Shown here piece after piece: positions 25,001 to 37,325 of a DNA stretch of 64,000 nt. Position 1 is the stretch's first letter; each line of letters opens with the position of its first letter. The DNA comes from Protoeuglena noctilucae (lineage: Eukaryota), in NCBI GenBank assembly GCA_958009085.1, contig OY253678.1, forward strand, positions 744,001 to 808,000. The letters are read 5' to 3'. The notes below the pieces were generated by a model. It saw only the letters and a list, made by a program, of their open reading frames with translations, did no database searches and had not been told where the DNA came from. A program made the position numbers and the translations under genes.

Positions 25001-25242
25001 GGGTCGCAAAGCGTAGTCAAATATGGACGTTTGAGTCTGCTTTGCGGATGGCGATTCGCCTCCCTCCAAACCTATCCTCTCGGGAACTGTTCCGTGCAAT
25101 CTGCCGCCATCCTCGCTGTCCTTCTCTCCTGCCCGTTCTGCTGGGTTCCTCGAGGGGCGGCCTAGAGGCCAGGGGAGGCCGCCTGTGTGTCGCGAAACCC
25201 AGGGCTCACGTTGCCGGCCGTGATTGCCTGCTCGTCGCGGGG

Positions 25243-26766
25243 ATGGACAGCGCTGTGGCACCACCAACGACTGTCGTCTCGGCAGCCCTCGTGATTGCGT
25301 CCCTGGACCCTGCGGAGGTGCTGCAGCTGACCCGGGCGGCCTGTCGAAGGCGAGGAGCCCTTCCCTGGTGCGCGTGGCAAGCATCGAGACGCATTTATAA
25401 TGTCGCCGACATCATTCGCTCATACCCAGTTCGCAGATGCACCGAGACGCTCTCGGTAGTGCTCGTCGAGAGTGGCCCAGGGCCCGGCATCACCTCCGTC
25501 CGCACGCTCGCGCTCCTCGAGGCGGTCTTCGCAGCCGCGGCGCTCGAGAAACCACTCCTCGACGTCGTTCCAATCGTGCAGCGGGTGCGGGACGCGAGGG
25601 TGACGCCTTGCGGGAGGCGGTGGAGCAACTTGCTCACCTGCGCCCTCTCATCTAGGTCCCCTTCCTTTGCCTGGTCCGCAGAGTGACGCAGCCGCTTCGA
25701 GTGGTACCGTCCGGTTGCCTCGCGACTGTGCGGTGCTGTGGCACGCGCCCGGCGACGCTGCAGCTGAGGAGGTCTGCCGTGGCACATCGCGCGCATCTGA
25801 TGCCCACCCTCCTCGCCAGGTGCGCGCAGCTGTGAATGAGAGCACCGAGCCCTTGTTCGCTGCCGCAGCACGTGCGCACTTTCCAGGGCGACACGCTTAG
25901 CCGCTTTGAGTGCCACCGCCGGACAGCACCGCAACCGCAGGTCCATGCGTTGGCGCCTGTAAGTGACCCTTGCGAGCCTCTGCAAGTGCCAACGGAGCGG
26001 GTGCCCGAGGGTCCGATGCGAGGGAGCGCCGGCCCTTTCGCTGCGGAGCACGTGGCTGTCGGCGGCACGTTTGACCGCTTGCACGCCGGGCACCGTCTGC
26101 TGTTGGCGGCCACCGCCCTTCTCGCCACGCGCCGCGTGTTCGTGGGAGTCACGGGAGACAAGCTCCTCGCATCCAAGAAGTACGCCGAGCATCTTGAACC
26201 CTACGCGGCGCGCGAGGCGGCCGCTGTGAGGTACCTCCGAGGTGCGGGGCACGCATGGGGCGCTGCGGAGTTGGGATGGGCAGTGGGGCTTTGCTGGGTG
26301 GGACTAGCAGCGGGGCTCTGCGATATGTCTACTCACGTGTTCCATTCAATTGCGCTGCGGTCGCAGAGGTCAACCCGGACGTGGAGGTGGAGGCGGGGCC
26401 ACTGTTGGACCCCAAAGAGCCCACCGCTGCGGCCAAGCGGCCGGAGATGGGGGCCCTGGTGGTGTCCCGGGAGACGCTGCCCGGCGGGACTGAGATCAAC
26501 CGGCAGCGCGAGGGGTTCGGGTTCGCACCGCTCAGGCACGCGTGGTTGGCGGCGGTGTGCTGGCATACACTGTGTGTGTCAAGTCGCCCCTTGTTTGGCG
26601 CACTGCACTCTGCAACCTGACTGTGTCATCCTGATGCCGCCCGTGCTGCCCCTGTGTCCGCAGCATCGTGGTGGTGGGCCTGGTGGGATTCGACAGCGCC
26701 CTGGGCACCAAGCTGAGCTCCACCGAAATCCGACACCGCATCGCCTTAGGGCAGAACCCCGGGTAG
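25243..26766 (+). CDS. PPAT: Phosphopantetheine adenylyltransferase (eukaryotic CoaD-type, cytidylyltransferase fold)
   Basis: Motifs VAVGGTFDRLHAGHRLLL, VGVT, LVVSRETLPGG..IN and KLSSTEIR. Confidence 0.88.
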
Positions 26767-27041
26767 GGTTTCACCCGCATTTCAAACATTCGCAGACAGC
26801 GTATTTCCAACGTGTAGATGCACGCCCGCCCCGGGCCCCCTTTTCTGTGTTTTGCTGCCAAGGACAGACCAGACTACCGGCGCCATTGCCTTTCAAACCA
26901 TCGAAATTGCAATCCAGCGTGACAGCGCCCCAGCCCCCATGGGCCATACATTCTCGCACTCTCCACACAGCATCACCGCTGCTTACACCGCTGATACCGC
27001 TCCGCCCCACAAGTGACCCCTTCACTCATGCACCGTTCCCT

Positions 27042-30000
27042 TCACACTCGGACCCTGGGCGCGATGCCCATGGCCATGAGCTCCTGGAAGAGCAGCTTGC
27101 ATGCCCAGGGCATGTTGACGAACGCACACGGCGCCCCCTTGTGCTCCGGGTTGGGGCACTCGGGCGGCTCTCCGCCCCTCGGGTCGCTGTGGTCCACGAC
27201 CCGCCCCTCGGAGTAGCGCACCACGGGCTGGCGGGCGATGAGGCCGCACCGGGAGCAGACGGGCACGATGTACTTGTCCGAGACGTCGAACAGGCGCTCC
27301 TGGGCAGCGAGGGAGGAGAGGGAGGTGAGGGCGTGGAAGTCCAACAATCGATGTGAGGTGAGGGCGTTGGGAGGTAACAGGGCGGTTCATCGAAAGCAGA
27401 AGAAAGCACACACGAAGAAAGATGAAAGGACAGAGTTGCTAAGGGGTTCTCAGGTACAACAGGGGCAGGCCGCAAGCCCGCAGCCGGGTCTGACGAACAG
27501 CGCCCTGTCTGTCCACTTCGTCACTCGCCTTGAGGAACGCCGAGGCGCCGTGCGCGATGATGCAGTCGCGCTCCATCTCCCCGAACCGCAGCCCGCCCTC
27601 CCTGGCCCGTCCCTCCATGGGCTGCCTCGTGAGACGTTGGTAGGTCGCCTGGGCCCTCGAGTGAACCTTGTCGTCCACCATGTGCTTGAGGCGCTGGTAG
27701 TAGGTGGGGCCGAAGAAGACCATGTTGCGCAGGGGCTTGCCCGTGAAGCCGCTGCAGAGGACCTCCCAGCCGTACCGCTGGTAGCCCAGGCTGTGCAGCG
27801 CTTTGCTCACGTCGTGCACTGCGGGGGGGTCGGGCGGAGCATGGTGTGCTGGCCTGAGATGACTGGGATATTAAGATAGCGAACGCGCTGGAGAATGTGC
27901 TATGCCTCACAACACAGATGTGCCCTCTTTGATGCTAGGGGAAGCGTGCCGTGAGTCGCTGGCACTTCCGGCAGCTATCCATGAGTAACGTGCCATGCTT
28001 TCTGCTAGTAGCATCGCAGCCTCACCGGTGACGTCGGTGAAGGGCGTGGCGTCGGCCTCTCGGCCCTGCAGCGCTGCGACCTTGGAGATGAGGCACTCGA
28101 TCATGTGCCCGATGGTCATGCGCGAGGGGATGGCATGGGGGTTGATGATGAGGTCCGGGGTGATGCCCTCCTGGTTGAAGGGCATGTCCTCCTGCGTGTA
28201 CGTGATGCCGCACGTCCCCTTCTGCCCGTGACGCGACGCGAACTTGTCGCCCACTTGCGGGACCCGGACGCTGCGAACGCGGCACTTGGCGAAGCGCGCG
28301 CCCTCGTCATTGACTGCGGAGCGGAGAGCGGGGCGGGGCAAGAGAGTGAGGCGCTCTCGGGCATGACACAGCCCCGGTGTCGAGGGGCTGGCTGCTGACG
28401 ATGTGCGGGGCGCAGTTGCGGGCTGTGGCTGTGACGCTGCTGCGGTCGTGCCAGGCGCATCGTCTCACCCGTGAGCATGACCTGGTCGACGATGCCCCTC
28501 TCCGCGGCCCTCAGTTTCGTGCTCTTGTTGATCTTGTGGCCCACCGCCTCCGAGGGCGGCAGTCGCGCCGTCTTGCCCATGATTGTGTCGTCCCCCACCA
28601 CCGCCTCGCCCGGGGGCACGAAGCCATCGTCGTCCAACTGCGGCAGTGAGAGGGGTGTTGAGGGATGAAGTGAGACAGGAGAAGGCTGTTGACAGATGAG
28701 CGAAGAAAGGAGAGGGGTGTTGAGCAGTAAGCTGGGGAGTGAGAGAGAATGAGCGAGGACGAGGGCGTCACGCGCAGTGAAGCTCGCCATCTCATGCACC
28801 ACACATTGCCAACGAGCTATGAACTCACCTTGGCGTAGCTGGCCTCCTCCATCATGTTGACCGTGATGCGGGGGTCAGGTTTCTCGAACCTCTCTTCGTA
28901 CTGCGTCCTCCCGGCCGAGACCTCGAGCGCGTCGCGGTAGGTGCGGTAGAAGATGGAGCGGAAGAAGCCGCGGTCGATGCTGCTCTGATTCATCATCATG
29001 GAATCTTCCTGGTTATACCCGGAATAGCACGCGATGGCCACGACTGCGTTGTGGCCGGCTGGGAGCTCTCGGAATCGCAAAAAGTCCATCGACTTGGTGC
29101 TGGCCAGGGGCTTCTGGGGGTAGTACAGCACGTGGCCCTGCGAGGCGAGAGTACAAAGGTAAGTTGTAATCCGCATGGTGAATCGAACAGACACCATATC
29201 TGGAGAGGGAGGTGGCGAGCCACAGAAAGGGAACAAGTGCAAACACAGTCATCCTGCCTTGTATGCTCCGACAAGACAAGCACATTGCGTGGATGTGATG
29301 CGCTACACTGCGCTGCCCCCCTTAACCCACCTGCGTGTCCATGCGCAGTTGGTAGTTGCTGGCGTACACCCCGAGGGCCTGCTTGCCCATGGCGGACTGG
29401 TAGGTGTTCCGCGGGGATTGGTTGTGGTCGGGGAAGGGGATGATGGAGGCGCAGACGCCCAGGATCATGGCGGGGTGCACCTCGCAGTGCGTGTACGCAT
29501 CGGAGATGGCACGGCCGGCGTCCTCACGGGCCTTGCTGCGGGGAGGAAGGGAGAGGTCGATAAGCACGACATGGGTGAACGGGTGAGCTACTCGGGTCAG
29601 CGTCGGCAGGGGCGCAAGGGCGAGCCGTCACTCATCACTCATATCGACCAGATCGCGCTTCGCACTGTGCAATGCCCGCCAGGCACAAACCCCACGTCTC
29701 GTTGGCAATCAGATGTGACACAGCCATTTAACAAATTCCCACGCACCGGAGATCGTCGACGAACATGGCCACCATGCACGTCTCCTCTTCCTCGACGTCC
29801 ACCATCACGATGCCCTCTCGCGCCACGTCGCTCCAGCCGTACCCCGTCTCCTCGTAGTGCAGCAGCGCGCTGCGGGATAGGGCACGAGAGACAGTGCTGA
29901 TCGAGTAAAGATGCCAATCGAGAGGCGAGGCCGATCAACAGACGGCGCCGATCAAGCCATGATATCAGTCGGCGCTCGCACCCCACGCCCACGCTATTCA

Positions 30001-33000
30001 GAGCCCAGCCCGGCCACCGCACTACCACCGCACCGCCATCGCGCGTGTGTCTCCCTCACCTGATGTGCTTCTTCCTCAGCAGCAGCCGCTTGTCGCGCAA
30101 GACAAACAAGGGCCTCTGGCACCTCCCCGCCTCCGTGCTCATCCTCAGCTCCTGCAGCTCCGGGTCCAGCACCACCCCGACCTCCGAGCTGAGCCCCTCG
30201 GGCTCCCCTTGCGAGCGCAGCGCCTTGAGCGTACGCGCCAGCTGCGCCGGCTCCATGTGCACCCCCAGCCAGTTGCCATTCAAGAAGACCTTGTAACCCC
30301 GATCCACGATCTCCGTCGACGCCTCCTCCAGGCGGATGAGACCCTGGTCCTCCAAGAGCGTGCGTGTACTGGCAGAGTCGGTGCCCTTGGTCACGTGGCA
30401 CATCAGCGACAGGTTCTTCACCAGGCCGCACGAGTGGCCCTCGGGCGTCTCGGCGGGGCAGATGTAGCCCCACTGCGTGTTGTGCAGCTGACGGGGCTTG
30501 ACCTGCGAGGCGAATGGGTACAGGCGGAGTAATCAGGCGAAGTAGTAGCGTGCGTGATGCAGGGGCGGACGTCACGGCACGTCAGGGTGCAGCAGAAGCG
30601 AGGATCTGCGACCGGCCCCACCGGACAGTCCCCCGCCCCTCGCCTGCTTGGTGGTCCGGTCGACCCCCGAGTCGATGCGGCGCAGGTGGGAGACGGTGGA
30701 GGCGAACGTGAGGCGCTGGAGGGCCTGCGAGACCCCCTTGCGGATGCCCTCCTGCCCCTTGTCGCCCCAGTTGCCCGTCGCCACCGCGTACCTCAGGCCC
30801 CTCTCGATGAACGACTTGTCCAGAAACTCGGCGCGCACCGCCTGGTTCTTGTCCACCGCCTTCTGGATCTTGCGCTGCGGGGAGGGCCGGGGGGGGCTTT
30901 GTCAGACGGAGCGGGGTCGCACAGAGTGGGCGAGCGCGGCGGTGGGGGCGAGGCTGAGTCGCGGCGTGGCGCATGCCGCGGGACTCTGAATGAGATCGCA
31001 AGGAAGCATGTTGTGGAGCGATGCTAGGGGTGTCAGCGATGCTAGCGATGTGAGGCGATGCTAGCGGTGTGAAGTGATGCCAGTTGTGTCAGCCCTCACC
31101 CGCGTGTCCTTCATGAGCTTGACCCAGTGGGTGCGGAACACGCGCTCGAACAGGGGGCCGGCCAGGTCGACGCGCTTGTTGCCGTAGTGGTCGCGGTCGT
31201 CCTCCGGCTGCCGCCCCGTCATGACCTGCGAGGGCGGATACCAGAGGTTTGCTATCAGACCCGGGCCAACAGACAAGCGGGAGCCAACTGGCAGGCGTGT
31301 CACGCGCCCGTTGCCATCTCTGACCGTGCAGACGGGCAGACGGCAGCACACACGGCAGCACGCAGCCAGTCGCAGCCACTTGCATGCACCCGGCAACCAG
31401 ACGCACAGTGGCCAGCACGCAGCCTGCTCATATGCCACTGCGACTTGCCTGCAGCAGTCGATTGGTCATGTAGCCCAGGAAGAAGGCCTTCTTCGTCTCG
31501 TAGTCCTCCCCCGTGGTCACGTGCGGCAGCATCTCCTTCCGCAGCACGTCCGCCACCGCGGCCATCCGCTCGGCCTTCTCGGTGGCGTCGGCACGCTGCA
31601 GAGAAACACAGAACGCAAAGAGATGATTATAACTAACATGCATATGATTGGAACAGCCAGTGCCGTCGCTTGGAGTGTATCACTACCATAGCGATACACC
31701 CCGTCCCGATTACGCGCTTGATATGATCAAAAAAGTTCTGGCGCACGTGTTGCTGCATTCTCGCATCCTCGCCTGCATCCGCTTCCCCAGGTAGTCCAGG
31801 CACGCCTCCCGGGACTTAAGCTCCTCGGGCACCAGCTCAATGGACTTGCGCAGCAGGTCCTGCATGTCTGGATACTGGTCCAGCTGCGGAGGCGACAAGG
31901 GCCACACTTAGTGGGCTACAATGAGGCACCACCAGGTACCAGCAGGTGACCATCCAGCGGTGCTCGCCAACCACTCCCATCGCCGACCATCCAGGTCCAT
32001 CCGGCTGCAGCTGTCACCCCCTCCCATCATTGCCCATGCCCCCACAGCCCTCTCTGTAGACGCCACCCAACCCAGGCTCGCCTTGTACAGGATGTGCTTC
32101 ATGGCCTCCTCGTCCGTCTCGACGCCCAGCGCCCGGAACACGATGAACAGCGGCACGTCCTCGTTGATGTAAGGGATGCGCACGTACAGCGCGCCCTCCT
32201 GGTCGCCGGGGCCCCGCACCATGACGGCGCACGTGGACGTGTTGCGGGCAGAGTTCTCGACCTGAGACTTGATCTCGGCGAAGTAGGTGCAGCGGTCCAC
32301 GTTCTTCAGGAACACGTACACGCGGTTGGTAGCGAGGCGCTCCTGCAGGGATGAACAGGGAAGGCCACGTTTCAGGAATTGGGCCAGGATGAATGAGCAG
32401 GGGTTGGGCGAGGCCGAGCTGGCACGCCTCGTCCGCAGCGACTGCCCCCGTGCCGCGCGCACACACAGCCAGCGCGGGTGCCACGAGGTTCTCGTTGCCG
32501 GTAACAGCCCTCGCCTGCGCGATGAGGACCTTCTCTGACCCATTGACAACGAAGTAACCCCCAGCATCGAAGGGGCACTCTCCCTTGGCCGTGAGCTCGA
32601 CGTCCGAGCTGAGGGTGGTCAGGTGGCACCACTCGCACGACTTGAGCATCATGGGGATCTTGCCCAGCTCGTGCCAGCATGACACGCCCGGCAGGTCCGG
32701 CAGGCCCAGCTCCTGCTGCATCCGCACTTCCTCCTCCTCCTCCACGTTGTTCACCACCACCCACTCCTCCAAGCCCGTCTGCGAAACGATTGAAAGACCC
32801 TCTTAGCACACGACGCCCCCTCATGGTTTGCTGCGACCACCATCCACACTCCTGCAACGCAGCGGCAGTCGCTCTGCGCGCCCCCGCAAGGCCCCGCACC
32901 TCTTCGTTGACCCGCTTCACCCGCTCCTGGATGTTGATGGCCCCGTACAGCGTCGCGGCGTACGTCAAGTTGCGGAGGCGGGCGTCGCGAGGGAACATGG

Positions 33001-33725
33001 GGCCGCTCCGGGGGCCCTCCATCTCCCTATCCTCAAGCCACGGTCGCCTGGGAGGCAAAGGAGGCCGGGAATCGCGCGCGAGTCGCGGCGGAGACGTCTG
33101 CGCGATGGAAACAGCACTATGCTTCCCGCCGCCCCGCACCGCAGCCGGAGGTTGACGATCCGCAGCTCAAACTCCTTCTCCTCCGTCTCCATCTCATCGC
33201 CCGCGTTGTCGTACTGCTTTTGCGGCCAGACCCTGATGCGGTTGTTCTCCATAACGATCTGGGCCATCTGCAGGACAGACGGGAGCGTGCGAGGCGTGAG
33301 CGGGCCTGCCAGCGCGAGAATCCGCACGACCAGTGCGCGTCGTAACTCCTCATCTCCCGTGCGCGCGCGCTCACCCGGTACTTGAGGAAGTTCTCGAAGG
33401 ATTCGAGCTGCTGAGACACCAGCGAGCGCTCCCTGCAAACAAGGGCGGGGACGTCCTTCAAGGAGCCTCCATCGACTTTGGCTGTCAAAAAAGGGGTGAA
33501 GGATGACCGTTCCGGGGTCGAGCGAGCTGCAGGCCGCAAATCGCGCTCGGGAGCGCTGGAAGAACCACCCCCGCCCAGACGACCGCCCCGTCGCCGCGCG
33601 GGCGATAGCCTCGCCGCAGATTCTCGCCTGAAGTAAGCGGCGATTACGCCCCACGTGTCCTCCTGGGTGATCTCCCCCTCGGGGTCCATCCCGTCCAGCA
33701 GGCCCGCAGCGTCTGCGCTCGCCAT
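27042..33725 (-). CDS. RPB2: DNA-directed RNA polymerase II second-largest subunit (divergent), 18 exons
   Basis: [124 protein letters not shown] and [12 protein letters not shown]. Confidence 0.95.
31018..31080. repeat. Degenerate ~19-bp tandem repeat (GCGATGCTAG core x3) in an RPB2 intron
   Basis: gcgatgctag occurs at 31018, 31036 and 31055, followed by a decayed fourth copy. Confidence 0.7.
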
Positions 33726-34187
33726 GGCCGACCCTGCTGCTCCCCTGGCCGGCCGGCCCCGCTGCGCACCCCCGTCCCCCTCTCACGCGCCCCTTCTACC
33801 TCTGCCAACAAATGCAAGCGCCCTCGAACCCCGACCCGGGTGCCCCAGGCGGGAAGCAGCCAAGTGTGATTCGCTCTAGTTAGTCGTGCGCCGCTTGCGC
33901 TAGACTCGGACGTGAGGTTGCATGAAGCGCGAGATTGGCGCCGCGTGCGCCCGGGCATCCTTTCTGAGACGCTGGTTACGACGCTGCCAGCGCCCGCGGG
34001 TCTGACGTTGCCCAAAAGGCCCTGTTCAGATTGCCGCGTCGCCGCTACGCACGATGGATTGCTCTGCGTGCCGGGCGACGGTAACACGCGCCTGTCCCTC
34101 GACATAGCCGCCGTGGCCGCTTGCCAAGGGACGGGAACGTGAGAGGGGCGGCGCCCAGGACACCCGGGAGGGCCGCCACGTGAGAAG

Positions 34188-35274
34188 ATGTCAAGCAAGC
34201 TTTCTTCGAAGATCATGCAGCTGAAGTTCATGCAGCGGGCCAAGGAAAAGGTAAGAATATCTCGCCATCCCTTCGGTTGCGGTCGTGGAGCCGCTGCCCC
34301 GCGACCAGCCCGGCGACGCACGCGCGGCTCCCACGGTTGCGTGCAGAAAGAGTTGGAGCAGACGAGGAAAGAGCAGCTGCGGGCCCAGGTGGCCCAGTCG
34401 GCGGGGCAGGCCAGCGCAACAGGGCCCAGGTGCAGCAGCCCGCCGGGGCGGCTCCGCGGGGCAGAGGCGGGCGAATGTACGGTGCTGTTCGCGCACACAA
34501 ACAAGCCTACTGCTGCCCCCGCAGTGAGCAAGCGGCGGCGGCGACGCGGGAGCCCCTAGGCGCCACGCCCAGCACCGGGGAGGCCGTCAAGCCCCGCTGC
34601 GTGGTGGTGTACGAGTCCGACCCCCAGCCCGGGGCTTTCATGGGGCGCATGTCTTTCCAGTCATTCAACCGTGAGCAGCTGGCACGCCATCCACGCCACC
34701 AGACCCTCCCCCGGCAGCGACTCCATCCCTAGCCTGTCGTGCTGGCTTGGCTCCCAATCTGATGGAAGTGCCCCGCCGTCCGCAGCTGCTACGGAGCGAC
34801 TGGCGACGCAAATTGAGGCGGAGATCCGGGAGGCTGCGTCTGCTGCGAGGGCCCGCGACGACGCAGACGTTTCAGGTACGTGTGGATGGCGGGCGCTGAG
34901 GGGCCGGCGCCCGCGGGCTGCGTCATTGCAGCGACGTGAACCTCTTCGATTGGGGTCTCTGGGGCGCAGACGTGGCCATGGCGAGCACCCTGGGGCAGCA
35001 CCAGGGCCGGCGGGCTCGCGAGGCGGTGCTGAGTGCCGGGGACGCACTGCGTGGCGAGGCGAGCGGCAACGCGGGCCCGAAAGCGACGCCCGGCGAAGGA
35101 GGAAAGAGGCGGAAGGACAAGGGGGCGTCTGAGGGCGGCAGGCGTGGGTTCCAAGCTTTGGTGCGGGGAGGCGATTCCCAGGGCGGGGCGGGGCCAGGCG
35201 ACGCGAGGGCAGACGGCAAGAAGAAGGCGAAGAGGAAGGAAAGCGGCGGATACATGTCGTTGAGGTGCGTGTGA
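34188..35274 (+). CDS. MPP6: M-phase phosphoprotein 6-like RNA exosome cofactor
   Basis: LSSKIMQLKFMQRAKEK and CVVVYESDPQPGAFMGRMSFQSFN are the two MPP6 signature motifs. Confidence 0.8.
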
Positions 35275-35787
35275 GGCTGCGCGTGAGAGCTGTGAGATGG
35301 TGATAGGCGCGGCATGCCTGGGGGACGTGCGCCGGGCTCACATTTGGTGTCAGGACGCGCTCTCTCTGCTGCCCGCAGTTCGGGAGCGGCGCCTGTCCCG
35401 TTGCGGGAGCAGAAGCGGGCAAAGAGCTAGAAGAGGGTAGCGAAAGCACAGGCGCTTTAAGCCTTGCGTGTTTGCCATGGCCACATGCCCACCAAGCTGT
35501 TTCTTTTTCGCAGCTTTAGCTCTGGTTCGTAGTGGATGGCAGTCACGTGTATCTATGACATGGGTGCCTTCAAGAGCCAAGTGTCGCTTGGGGGTGTCTA
35601 AGCCGCGTGGGGGCGGCGGGGGGAGAGGGACAGGGTCCACGGGATCTGGACCGCGGTCGGGATCGCAAGGGACAGGATCCTGCTGCCTAGAACACCGACA
35701 ACGCCGCCGAGGGGGCGGGGCGCGCCGGGGGAGCTCGCTCCGCGTCCGAGGCTGGGGTTGCCCGGGAGGCGAGGACTGGGGGGCTCC

Positions 35788-37088
35788 TCAGTGGAAAGAC
35801 GCGTTGTTGACGATGTTGGAGGTGATGTTGTGGCCCAGGGGGTCGGACTGGTGGGCGACCAGGCCCGCGATGGGACCCTCCTGCGACGGCCAGGGCGAGG
35901 GCGACCCGTGAGCCCATGCGCTGCGAGCCAGTGCCCGGCGGCGTCGGCGGCCAAGGAAGCGCGACGGGTGTGCGACTGAGCGACTCACCCCCGTGAGCAT
36001 GGCCTGGACGGAGAACCCCACGAACGCGATCATGGCGAGGCGGCCGTTCTTGATCTCCTTGAGGGCCATGTCCTTGGAGTTCATCCCTGCCGGGTCGAAG
36101 GGGAACGAGTTGATCACCCCCGACATGCCCGTCTCCTTCCACCCCTCGTAGCGCTTCGTCTCGAGGAAGCCCATGATGACCGCCTGCGTTGGGCAGGGAC
36201 GTCATCAGTGACAACGGGGTGCACGAGGCAGGGCCGGGCGATGCGATGGGCTGCGCCTCGCGGAGGCGAGTGAGGGTACGAGGGGCGCACCTGGACGGCA
36301 ATCAGGGCCGGCAGGGGCGCGCCGTAGTCGCGGGCGCCCGCCTCGAACCACTTGGGCTCCACGCCGGTGACCTCGGTGAAGAGGATGCCGGCGACGGCCA
36401 TCATGGCGAAGCGAGCGTTCATGCGCTCGGCCTCAGCGTACCTGCAGGCGCGGGGCGGGGTGGCAAGGCTCAGGAAGGGAAATCGACCCATTGGGACGCT
36501 TCCCGGGCGCGGGGTCCCGGGCAGGCGTCCTCCCGGCCGGAAAACGACAGCGACAACACCGACGGGCCGGTCGCGGACGGCCCCCGACGCCCCAGGCCGC
36601 AGCCGCGGCGGTCGAATCCCGACACAGCTGGGCGACGCCCCCGAAGCGCCCCAAGCCCCCCGCGCCCTCTTCAGCGCTGGGCAATGGCCGCTCGATTCAC
36701 AATCAAGGGAGACAGGCTACTCGGCGCCCGCCCCCGGGCCCCCCCGCGTCGCCGGGCTCAGATACACCACCCCCTGATCCTGGCGCTCCCCGATCCGCCA
36801 ATCGGCGTCCCGGGCGGGCCAGGTGTCGGGACAGCCCGGAAACTCGGGACCGGAATGTCACTCCTCGCCTAGGAGAGGGCGCAATGGCCCCGGGACTCAC
36901 CACTTCAGGCGGTCGGGGTTGGAGCCCAGGCCGAGGGGGTCGAACCCGAAGTCGCCGGCGAGCGAGCCGTTCAGGTGGGCGGGGGCCTTGGTCCCCGGCA
37001 GCCACATCTGCCGATCGGCGGCCCGGGCCACGACCGCCCGCTTGGGGGCCGCCACGGGGGCGAAGGCGACGCGAGCGACGGCAGCCAT
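35788..37088 (-). CDS. LHCA9: Photosystem I light-harvesting chlorophyll a/b protein, Lhca9-type, 4 exons
   Basis: WLPG...[55 protein letters not shown] and [10 protein letters not shown]. The [16 protein letters not shown] loop matches green-algal Lhca9 as recalled. Confidence 0.9.
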
Positions 37089-37325
37089 GATGCACCCAAT
37101 GTCGATAAACACGTTCTCGACCGCAGCCGGGACGCCGAGAGCCCTTTATCGCTGCAGGGCCGGCTGACATCTGCCAGCCTAAGCGTGTCAGGGCCGTGGC
37201 GGGGCGCAGGGGGCGTTGGGTGCCGGATTCCATTGCCAAGCGACAGATCTCACGCTCTGCAGACACGGCTGGCGCTGAGGAGGCCATCGGCGCACACGGC
37301 GGCGGGCTTGTCACGTCCCAGCGCG

